IMG/VR virus record: IMGVR_UViG_3300028840_003497
Coordinates: 1-64,000 of that record
Strand: one strand, 5' to 3'
Origin: a virus
DNA length: 64,000 nt
Below the pieces are notes generated by a model. The model worked only from the letters and a program-made list of their open reading frames with translations. It ran no database searches and was not told the origin of the DNA. The position numbers were made by a program, and so were the translations under genes. How positions within the stretch are numbered: position 1 is the first letter of the stretch; every line of letters begins with the position of its first letter. Of the stretch, positions 43,878-52,122 are shown piece by piece.

Positions 43878-46800
43878 CTATCCCGAGATTGCCCTTTTCC
43901 GAATAGTCTTCTCAATTTCGACCATCCTTCGATCGAGCTTCTCAAATCTTTTTAACACTTCTGGAAACGTTTGACCAGCCTCTTGTAATACCTTCTTCAG
44001 GCCAATCAACTCACTACCCATCTTTGATTCTTGTGATAAACCAGCAGCACCTTTCCCCTCGGGCATGTCCTGAAGCTGCGGATACATACGCATTATATCT
44101 GCCTGCGTCGACGCTTCCTTCTTCATTTCACCGTCGACCTCATCCTCTTTGTCCTTAGAAATAAGACTCGCGTCATCATCTGTGAAGTGGAAGACATGCT
44201 GCAGGATCCATGGTTTGCTCGCCCACTCTGCCATCGAGGACGCGAGGGCCGCCTGTGCATTCATCACTTCAATTTGCTGCATTTCGAAGATCGCACTCGG
44301 AACGGTCATTTTAAGCTTCCACTCAATGGAGTCCGGATCAATGTTCAACGCCGCCATGTGGATCCGCAGAACCTTCCGCATCCCCATTATAAACTCACGC
44401 TGAACCCTCATGCACGCTCTCGCGAACCGTACATCCGCAGCCGACAGAGTCTTATCCGTCTCGCCACGATCATCACCAATCCCCAGATATCCCCTGGGAA
44501 CTTTGACTGCCGTGACGAGTTTACCCTGGAAGTACTCGACGTCATCCATCATCTGAACATCTGGCCCAGCAATGGTCTCGATCCTCGTAGATTCCTTGCC
44601 ACCCCGCGTAGGGATCCAGAAATCCTCATGTGGGCTGTTGCATACGACGACGCCAGCAGCAACACCGAAGTTATGACACCCATCAACAGTCAACGTGTAG
44701 GTATCTTCACGCTCCTTCAAGCGCTCGACAGAGACAACCTTGTGGTTAAAGGAACAAACACTCTCCTTAAATTCTGAAAAATCCTTGTAACCATGCGACC
44801 GATATGCCTTCAGAAGTAAATGGCGATGCGCTTTTTCAATCTTTCGAGGACTACCATCATTCAGCAATCTAAGTGCTTCCTTGTCCGAGCTTACAAACCC
44901 AGCAACAGCGTCCGCACTCGAACCCGGATTCTGACGCACAAATCTCTCTATTACATCTATGAATTCGCGAGAATACGATATTGTCCTAAATTCAGAATAC
45001 GCTTCTCTCGCATCATCAGTCCAGTACGCCTTCATCGCATCACTGCGAATCGCATTGTCCTGGGCGTGTTTCGGAGATCTGTTGTACTCCCGGATATGCC
45101 TCGCGCTATCCCTCCTCCGGTTCGTCTCGCTAATCATAGCAGACTTGCGATCCCTGTACCCAGGATCTTCGTGTAGCTTTTTCAAAGTTCGTGAAGCCGC
45201 GTCCTTGAGTCGCTGATCAAGGGCAGGATCATGTTTACGAGCCTCCGCAAGAGCCGCTCCTCCCATCTGACCAAGACGACAATGGTGCTCTGAATGCTCC
45301 TTGCGGGTCATGCTCTTCAGGAACCGAGGATCGTTGTTCAACTTACCCTGGTCGTGATGGATCAGTTTCCCCTTCTCGTAGATGCCACATGCACGAGCCA
45401 CCATGCGGTGCGTGTAAACATACTTCTTGGTCGCCGGATCGTAGACCTTTTCATACCCATCCAGACTGTCACCCTTGTCGAAAGAGGAAGCCGTTCGACG
45501 AAGCGGCATCAGCGAATCACCACATGCCAGATCCTCAGCATCCCGAACCTCGCCGCTCCTAAGAACGCATTTATGATCGGGCGTAACACGGAAAGATTCA
45601 CCATTATCCAATGTAACCCGGACCAACTCTGCATTTTTTCTGGTCTTGCCAGCCCAGACAACCTTGCCCGGAACAATCTTGTTACCATTCTTTCGGTCAA
45701 CACCATAGACCCACTGATCATCGCCAGATTTAAACGCTTCGGCCATCTCCACAACGGTCTTCTGCGTTCCATCCAGCATCGGAATCTCAGTATCCGCCGC
45801 GACGCAAAGAGGATTGTATCGAAAGTCCAATTTGCCAGTCGATGGATCGACCAGCTTAACCTTCTTGTATCCTCTCTTGACTTTCTTGACGAGCGCCATC
45901 GCTTCCTTCGGTGGGAGGTCTCCAGTGTCTACATAGAATGCAAACCGGCCAGGTGCCCTAGTCAACTTCTGGACGAGCGCAGTGTCCTCCATCAGCATGA
46001 GCCGCTTCCAGATCCAACGCGCCGAATCGAGTACGCTGTACCCATACTGCGCTCTCATCATCTTGGATCGGAGACGCCAATGAACAACCTGCCACGGATG
46101 AAAGAACGTAACTTTGGCCTTGCCTGGCTCGTCTTCCTTTTCCGTCGGAAGCTGCCCCTTCTTCATATGTTCAACGACAACGCCATACTCGAAATTAAAA
46201 GCCCCGCTCGCGTCCTGCACGAAACCAACGAGAGATCCCTTCTCGTCAACAATGCGTCGCATCGTCGGAACCGGCAACCAGTTCAAACCTACGACACCCT
46301 TCTCGTTGACTAATATCTCGGCGAAACAATTGCCGTACTTACTCAACGTCCGAACAGCAACCCAGATGTCTTCCTCGATGCGACACCTCCGATGCATACA
46401 GTCGTCAACAATATCACGGATCACTCTGTCGCGGGATATCCCCCAGATGGTCTTGCCATGAACACTGTCAGGAATCGTGGAGTCGTCGGAGTAGTAGTCC
46501 AGGGCCGCCGAATTGTGAACCACAACACCGTTGCAGACAAAGTTCGCATACCCCGGAACCGTCAAGTCGTACACCGGTTCGCCTCCTTCGATAGGCTCCA
46601 CCGACATCACACGATGATTTGCAGAGGCGCTCAGAAGATCATGTTCAACAGCTGCACGCTTTGCCTTGCTCCAGGAAACACCAAGAATCCTGGCCGCCCC
46701 AGCAATGTTTCCACCAGACTCAAGAGCAGCCTCAACATCTTCTCGGCCTAGATCGATACGATTCGGCTGTGCAAGACCGATCTTCTTCCGCCACTCCTCA

Positions 46801-47747
46801 TCCTTGGGTTTCCCTCTATTGGAATCTGATATCTTGCGACGAGCCTCATCGCTCATCACAGATCCTCTCCGATATGTGTTTCCACGCATTCGGAGGGCCA
46901 TAGCTGCCCGACGTCCCTCGGTCCACTCTGGGAAATATTCACTATTATCCAGGTCTGCGATATGACGATGAGCGTGTTCCGACAAACTCACACCCTCCAG
47001 ATTCTCCGGAGCATTATTGAGTTGATTCCCGTCCTTGTGATGGACGTGAGGAGCACCAACATCCCCATTGATCAACTCCGCCACCAGACGATGAACCCAC
47101 GTCCACCTCTGCTGCCTATCCTTGCGACCACCCTCGATCTTGGAATCGGCATGAGGCTGATGCACCTGCCAGTACGGTTGACTCTCAGCCGAGTTCAAAC
47201 TCCGCATCCTGACAGCCCCTGGCATCAACCGATCCCCACGCGACAGATTCCCAGCCTCAACCCAGAATCCATCTTTCCCCATGAAAAGATGATCGGCTGT
47301 GCAACGAATCGCCCTCCCATCATCAAGAATCACACGAACCATTGGCTTGTTGTGCCCAGGCTTCCCCGTCATCCTCGCGTCGCACGCCTTTGCAGGAACC
47401 AGAGACTTCAGATCCTGATCATAGGCCAAGACATGGAAGTTTTCCTGCGTCTCAACCAATTCATGAATCTGCACCCACCCTCGTTCGACAGTAAAAATGA
47501 GCGAATCCCCAGCGAGACATGTCTCCACATAGTCATCCATGTTCTCGTAGTCGGCGTAGCGCCGCATAAGGTCAGAGTCAACAGCGAGTTCTTGATGGAG
47601 CGCGGTGTATCCCTCATTGCCCGACACACCCCACGAGGATCCTGCTTCCGAAGGTGCCGCCCCTATCGACACACCACGCGCCTCATCAGCAATCTGCTGA
47701 TCCTTGTCGCGTTTAGCGAATATGCTTATCCAGTCACGCCATCCCAT
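43878..47747 (-). CDS. Portal protein (T4 gp20 family) with two inteins; ~563 aa after splicing
   Basis: YG.SVLD.AR..WKRL.LMED..LV.KLTRAP.R..FYVDTGDLP, EDFWIP.RGG and DDVEYF. Confidence 0.95.
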   Translation of the reverse strand: MGWRDWISIFAKRDKDQQIADEARGVSIGAAPSEAGSSWGVSGNEGYTALHQELAVDSDLMRRYADYENMDDYVETCLAGDSLIFTVERGWVQIHELVETQENFHVLAYDQDLKSLVPAKACDARMTGKPGHNKPMVRVILDDGRAIRCTADHLFMGKDGFWVEAGNLSRGDRLMPGAVRMRSLNSAESQPYWQVHQPHADSKIEGGRKDRQQRWTWVHRLVAELINGDVGAPHVHHKDGNQLNNAPENLEGVSLSEHAHRHIADLDNSEYFPEWTEGRRAAMALRMRGNTYRRGSVMSDEARRKISDSNRGKPKDEEWRKKIGLAQPNRIDLGREDVEAALESGGNIAGAARILGVSWSKAKRAAVEHDLLSASANHRVMSVEPIEGGEPVYDLTVPGYANFVCNGVVVHNSAALDYYSDDSTIPDSVHGKTIWGISRDRVIRDIVDDCMHRRCRIEEDIWVAVRTLSKYGNCFAEILVNEKGVVGLNWLPVPTMRRIVDEKGSLVGFVQDASGAFNFEYGVVVEHMKKGQLPTEKEDEPGKAKVTFFHPWQVVHWRLRSKMMRAQYGYSVLDSARWIWKRLMLMEDTALVQKLTRAPGRFAFYVDTGDLPPKEAMALVKKVKRGYKKVKLVDPSTGKLDFRYNPLCVAADTEIPMLDGTQKTVVEMAEAFKSGDDQWVYGVDRKNGNKIVPGKVVWAGKTRKNAELVRVTLDNGESFRVTPDHKCVLRSGEVRDAEDLACGDSLMPLRRTASSFDKGDSLDGYEKVYDPATKKYVYTHRMVARACGIYEKGKLIHHDQGKLNNDPRFLKSMTRKEHSEHHCRLGQMGGAALAEARKHDPALDQRLKDAASRTLKKLHEDPGYRDRKSAMISETNRRRDSARHIREYNRSPKHAQDNAIRSDAMKAYWTDDAREAYSEFRTISYSREFIDVIERFVRQNPGSSADAVAGFVSSDKEALRLLNDGSPRKIEKAHRHLLLKAYRSHGYKDFSEFKESVCSFNHKVVSVERLKEREDTYTLTVDGCHNFGVAAGVVVCNSPHEDFWIPTRGGKESTRIETIAGPDVQMMDDVEYFQGKLVTAVKVPRGYLGIGDDRGETDKTLSAADVRFARACMRVQREFIMGMRKVLRIHMAALNIDPDSIEWKLKMTVPSAIFEMQQIEVMNAQAALASSMAEWASKPWILQHVFHFTDDDASLISKDKEDEVDGEMKKEASTQADIMRMYPQLQDMPEGKGAAGLSQESKMGSELIGLKKVLQEAGQTFPEVLKRFEKLDRRMVEIEKTIRKRAISG
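44637..45806 (-). mobile_element. Intein 2 in portal (390 aa, HNH-type)
   Basis: L|CVAADTEI...VTPDH...YTLTVDGCHNF...VVVCN|S; internal THRMVA..IHH...NN. Confidence 0.92.
46512..47519 (-). mobile_element. Intein 1 in portal (336 aa, HNH-type with NUMOD3-like repeats and HTH)
   Basis: T|CLAGDS...CTADH...VYDLTV...VVHN|S; internal VHRLVAE..VHHKDGNQLNNAPENL. Confidence 0.95.
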
Positions 47748-47750
47748 GCA

Positions 47751-50700
47751 TTAATCTCCAAACAGGATAGGCAAAAAATCCGAATCATCCACCGCTTCTT
47801 CTGCCATTGCTTTCGCATCTTCAAGGCCAACTTGAGAAACTGGAATCATTGGACTCACCCATGCATGCTCATGCCTACCCTTCTTATGACTATCAGTTCC
47901 GAGACCGATTGGCAAGCGCGCTGTTCCCTGAGACAAACCGTAAACAACTCCAGCCACAGCATCACTAACATCTTTGGATCCAGCCTGCGGGTGATCGATT
48001 TTCCCCCTCAACCTGTCATATTCTAGGGCCTTCATCTCATCAATAAATGGCTCATACCTGTGATATCGAATGCGATCCTCGTAAATAGCGCTCTTCAGTT
48101 CATCGTAGGGATCTGTCTTCTCATCCATGGAAATAAGCTCGCAATGAATCCCTCGCCGCTTAACTTGTTGGTGCATCTCCACATACTGATATTTATCTGT
48201 GCTGAACCCCATAAAAGAATACCCATGGGCCTGCAATTCATATACGAGCCTTCGCAAATCTGGCATATAGATCTGTTCGCCAGGTGGAGGGTTAATTCTC
48301 AAGAGCACATCAATGTGATAAAACGGTTCGTAATCGGTGAAACGAACCCCATCACCATCCCGACGAACAACCTCCACCCACCGATCAATATGCCCCACCG
48401 AGAAACCGGTACAGTCTCCGGAGAGAGATGTATCAATATGACACCATCTAAGCTTGTTTGGATTAATCCGTGGAATGTGCCCCGTCTCAATAAACCCCCC
48501 TGGAATACGCCGCTCGAACTCCTTGCACATCTCTCCCCATTTGAACTTGCCAGGGCCACCGGCTGTCCACTCACCCATTGAAAACGCATGTCTCACACGA
48601 TCATCAGCACAACTATCCACAGCTTCCACTCGCTGAATGTATGCCGAGATCGCCTGCGTCGAAATGCCACCAATATCACGAAGAGCGTTCTCGATGTCCG
48701 TCTCGAAGTCATTGAGATATTCAATCGGGATATCAATCAGCCACGCATCATTGTCCCTTAGATAGTCATCAGTAACATCATCATATTCGTCCTCCTCCAG
48801 TATCCGAGCCTTCATCGAGGACGAAGAACAGACGACCCAGAACTTCTCTCCGCAGAAATCCGTCTCAGGTTTGGCCGTCCATGGGGTGTGGTCGCGCACG
48901 AAAACATTCGGATCATTCACGCTCTCTTTTATCTTGCGCTCAGTAAAGCTCTCCAACGTGGCCGCAGACGAAGCGAGAATAACCATTCCAGGAAAGTCCC
49001 CACCGGCCTTCTGGAATCTGGATTTGATCCGGCGCAGAAGATTCCGGTAAACTTTTTCAACAGGATCGAAGTGGGCCGCCGTCTTGCGCTGACCAATCGT
49101 CGTGGTGATCTGCTGAGAACGACGTACAGGTGGAAAGTTGGTCTCGTCCAGCCCAACTGCGAACACGTTAGACCCGAGTATTCTTTCCGATCCGTATGAC
49201 CCAATGATCACCTTTATATTATTGGGGAAAACAGTGCTCTCTTTGGATATCTTAGGAGCGAACTTCTCCATAAAATAGATCGACTCGCGGACCTTGTCAT
49301 CTACGGCAGTCTTCATCACCTCCCGGGCCAGAATCAAGTTCTTGGAGATAAGAGGAATCACCATATCGGTACCGGACGACAGACCGAATGTCTTCTGTGG
49401 ATTCACGAGGCACGATAACTCGTACAGCACCCTACACAGAGCAATAGACAGCACGAAGGTGTTGTGAACAATGATTCCGTGAGCTGCAAAGTTTTGTGTC
49501 CCTGGCACCTCGATATCGTACACCGGCTCTAGAACTTCACTTTGGTCATAGCGCTCAACGCGATCCCAGAACACATTTCCCCACCACGAACACCAATCAG
49601 GGAGATCATATTTCTCGGCAAACCGCACAAAAACACCGTGCCCCATCTGCGATTTCATGGCAGGACGTGGCCACCATGCTGCACGGGGGAACGGCCCTAT
49701 TTCATTCCTTAGTCGCTTCATCACTGTTCTGTTCATCGGTGTGATGTCCACATTGGAATTCGGCTTCACGAACTCAAGTTCACGAACGGCATCCCTGCAC
49801 GCATCCTCCTTCCCTAATACCTCTCCGATCGATTCCACGAACCTCAGCACGTTATCACTTCCCAGGATCGACAAAGACCATGCCTCTGATGTCCGACTCT
49901 CACCGTCGTGCGAGTACGTCATCATCCGAGGCCGCACCCTTGAATGAATACCAAATCGCAACATCAACTGCTGAATGTCGAAGATGAATTTTTCGCTGGC
50001 AAGGGCAATCCCCACCTCCCAGTCACCGCCCTCCCTGCGACAAACCCAGCCATCACACGCCCATACCCTATTAAAAAACAACGCAAGTTGCCGATCATCA
50101 AGTCCATAAAATCCAGCAGGCACCCTCTTTTCAGTCGCCTTCTTGTGCAAACCATACTTCTCACGCATCCAAAGCGTAGAGAGCGGTCTAACCGTCCACG
50201 CACTTCCGGCGTTCTCAACGAAAGAACACCCTCTCCGCCCAGATCCACCGAACGCCAACCTCGCCGTCACGCTTTCAAACTCACAATGAATTTCAAAATT
50301 CTCGTTAGTGAAAGCCATACTATTTGTCGTGGTTCCTCCATCGGTCAGCATGTACGCAACCCACATCACCTCATCGTCTGACACGACAGGAGGCGATGAT
50401 GGTGCTGGCATCTCACGCGCAGTGGCAACCAGATCGCCGGGACGCAGATCGCCAACAGCGACGTACCCATCCGGCGTCAACACAGGATGATCAGGAGAGA
50501 GGCCCAGCCTCTTTCCGCTCGCCAATGTCAGATCACCACACTTCTTTAATCCGCTCTGCACCACGACACATCCGCGCTCACCCGTTACTCGACCATCAAA
50601 TGAAGCACAAGCGGACCCTCCAGTGGCCAGTGTCGCATCTTTTACATTGACCCTACTGCCTCTCACGGGATCGTAGATCTCCGTATCCCCACGGAGACAC

Positions 50701-51041
50701 TTACCAACTCCGATCCCGCCTGTCAGCACCACCTCTCGGTACGGGAAGTCAAAAAGATCGATCAAATCCTTCCTCAACTCCGGATACAGCGTCGAGCACG
50801 ACTCGCCCAGATAATAAGGATCTTCCAGGAACTGTTCCATGGATACCGGTCGCGTATGGTACCGGTGTTCGATCATTGTCTCGGTGACCAATATCTGCTC
50901 TTCTGGGTCGTCGTCGAGCATCCCAAACAGCAAGTCTTGTTCTTGATGAGTCAATGTAGAGATGATATCACCAGCCCGATTTTCGATTTCATCTGGGGTA
51001 AGCACAGACTTCTTGCGCCCGTGTTTGTTGGTGATAATCAC
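47751..51041 (-). CDS. terL: Terminase large subunit with one intein; ~683 aa after splicing
   Basis: Walker A GGIGVGK|T, Walker B VGLDE, nuclease HIDTS...D and KIDHP..GSKDVSDA. Confidence 0.95.
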   Translation of the reverse strand: MIITNKHGRKKSVLTPDEIENRAGDIISTLTHQEQDLLFGMLDDDPEEQILVTETMIEHRYHTRPVSMEQFLEDPYYLGESCSTLYPELRKDLIDLFDFPYREVVLTGGIGVGKCLRGDTEIYDPVRGSRVNVKDATLATGGSACASFDGRVTGERGCVVVQSGLKKCGDLTLASGKRLGLSPDHPVLTPDGYVAVGDLRPGDLVATAREMPAPSSPPVVSDDEVMWVAYMLTDGGTTTNSMAFTNENFEIHCEFESVTARLAFGGSGRRGCSFVENAGSAWTVRPLSTLWMREKYGLHKKATEKRVPAGFYGLDDRQLALFFNRVWACDGWVCRREGGDWEVGIALASEKFIFDIQQLMLRFGIHSRVRPRMMTYSHDGESRTSEAWSLSILGSDNVLRFVESIGEVLGKEDACRDAVRELEFVKPNSNVDITPMNRTVMKRLRNEIGPFPRAAWWPRPAMKSQMGHGVFVRFAEKYDLPDWCSWWGNVFWDRVERYDQSEVLEPVYDIEVPGTQNFAAHGIIVHNTFVLSIALCRVLYELSCLVNPQKTFGLSSGTDMVIPLISKNLILAREVMKTAVDDKVRESIYFMEKFAPKISKESTVFPNNIKVIIGSYGSERILGSNVFAVGLDETNFPPVRRSQQITTTIGQRKTAAHFDPVEKVYRNLLRRIKSRFQKAGGDFPGMVILASSAATLESFTERKIKESVNDPNVFVRDHTPWTAKPETDFCGEKFWVVCSSSSMKARILEEDEYDDVTDDYLRDNDAWLIDIPIEYLNDFETDIENALRDIGGISTQAISAYIQRVEAVDSCADDRVRHAFSMGEWTAGGPGKFKWGEMCKEFERRIPGGFIETGHIPRINPNKLRWCHIDTSLSGDCTGFSVGHIDRWVEVVRRDGDGVRFTDYEPFYHIDVLLRINPPPGEQIYMPDLRRLVYELQAHGYSFMGFSTDKYQYVEMHQQVKRRGIHCELISMDEKTDPYDELKSAIYEDRIRYHRYEPFIDEMKALEYDRLRGKIDHPQAGSKDVSDAVAGVVYGLSQGTARLPIGLGTDSHKKGRHEHAWVSPMIPVSQVGLEDAKAMAEEAVDDSDFLPILFGD
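49461..50699 (-). mobile_element. Intein in the terminase P-loop (413 aa, LAGLIDADG-type)
   Basis: K|CLRGDT...SPDHP...YMLTDG...WACDG...VYDIEV...IVHN|T. Confidence 0.95.
49768..49783. repeat. Palindrome, degenerate copy 9 (ACGAACTCAAGTTCAC)
   Basis: Inside the terminase intein. Confidence 0.5.
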
Positions 51042-51042
51042 C

Positions 51043-52122
51043 CTATTTCTTCTTTCTGGTGTTGTTGCTCGTTAGGCGACTCTTCACATTTCCTCGAACA
51101 CTCGGCTTCCTTGGTCCAGGTGGAAGATTTGGCTTCGGAGCCCTGCGAATCGGCTCCATCTCCACCTCTTTCTCCTTTGGTGGAGGTGCTGGAGCTTCAG
51201 CCTCTTCCAGATCGTCATCTTCTTCTTTTCCGTCATCGTCATCGTCGTCCGTATCCAAAGCCTCCACGCGCTCGTCCATCCCCTCATCAGGCTTGCTAAA
51301 GTCCTCGCGTACATCACTCCAGTCCGGATCCTGTGGGGCTTCCTCCTCATGGTCTGCCCCGTTGTCACCGTCAAACTCGTCGGGCACGTCGTCGGCGTCT
51401 GTGGCCTCGTACTCAACGTCCACGATTTGTGACTCATCATCTTCAAGATTCATGTGATCCCCTAACTGCATTGGAGTTCCGTCTTGATTGCGAAGATTCC
51501 CGGCCCGTTTGATAGCCCCAAGAGCAGCCAGTACGCGCCCGCGAGACACGGGATCCTTGAACGCATCCGACGCCCCAGCCCCGTATTTGTTTTTGATGTA
51601 TTCGACACGCTCCGCCGAAACCGTGATCGTGCCCAAGTCCCGCGATCCCACCAATCCCAGGTCCATCTTGATGCTGTGGATCCTGGTAATGATCGACTCC
51701 ATCCGTTTGTCAATTTTGTCGACCTGCGGGTTGATATTTCCGGTCATCCGCTCCTCGGCATGGAGCACGTCGAATCGATACTGCTGGGCGTTATACTGAT
51801 CCTCCAGCCGCTCCAACTCCTTCATCTTATTGGCGAACTTCTTCTCTGCGGTGGCGAACACACGAGGGAGCGTGGAATGGATCATTCCACCCTCTCGCAT
51901 AGACTGCCTGAATCTCTTTAACATTTCGATCAGAGATGAACGTTTGACGTCGCGGTACTCGTTCATCCTGCTCTGGATAAAATTCGCTACCGCAGATGGA
52001 GGATACCCTGCATACAGCATCTCTTCGACCTGAACATAGCATTTTAGACTACGTATTCTCTTGAATTTGTCGATCGATCTGCTCGCTGTCTCAGCCTTTA
52101 CGCAGCTTCCCATCAAACACAC
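51043..52122 (-). CDS. Putative terminase small subunit
   Basis: Directly upstream of terL; HTH-like N-terminus, coiled coil, acidic tail; start uncertain. Confidence 0.5.
   Translation of the reverse strand: MCLMGSCVKAETASRSIDKFKRIRSLKCYVQVEEMLYAGYPPSAVANFIQSRMNEYRDVKRSSLIEMLKRFRQSMREGGMIHSTLPRVFATAEKKFANKMKELERLEDQYNAQQYRFDVLHAEERMTGNINPQVDKIDKRMESIITRIHSIKMDLGLVGSRDLGTITVSAERVEYIKNKYGAGASDAFKDPVSRGRVLAALGAIKRAGNLRNQDGTPMQLGDHMNLEDDESQIVDVEYEATDADDVPDEFDGDNGADHEEEAPQDPDWSDVREDFSKPDEGMDERVEALDTDDDDDDGKEEDDDLEEAEAPAPPPKEKEVEMEPIRRAPKPNLPPGPRKPSVRGNVKSRLTSNNTRKKK

Noticed and set aside
13938-48026. Long plus-strand ORFs (e.g. 13938-15092, 19934-21037, 38938-40158, 45294-46313, 46962-48026)
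   Set aside because: Antisense shadows of well-supported minus-strand genes.
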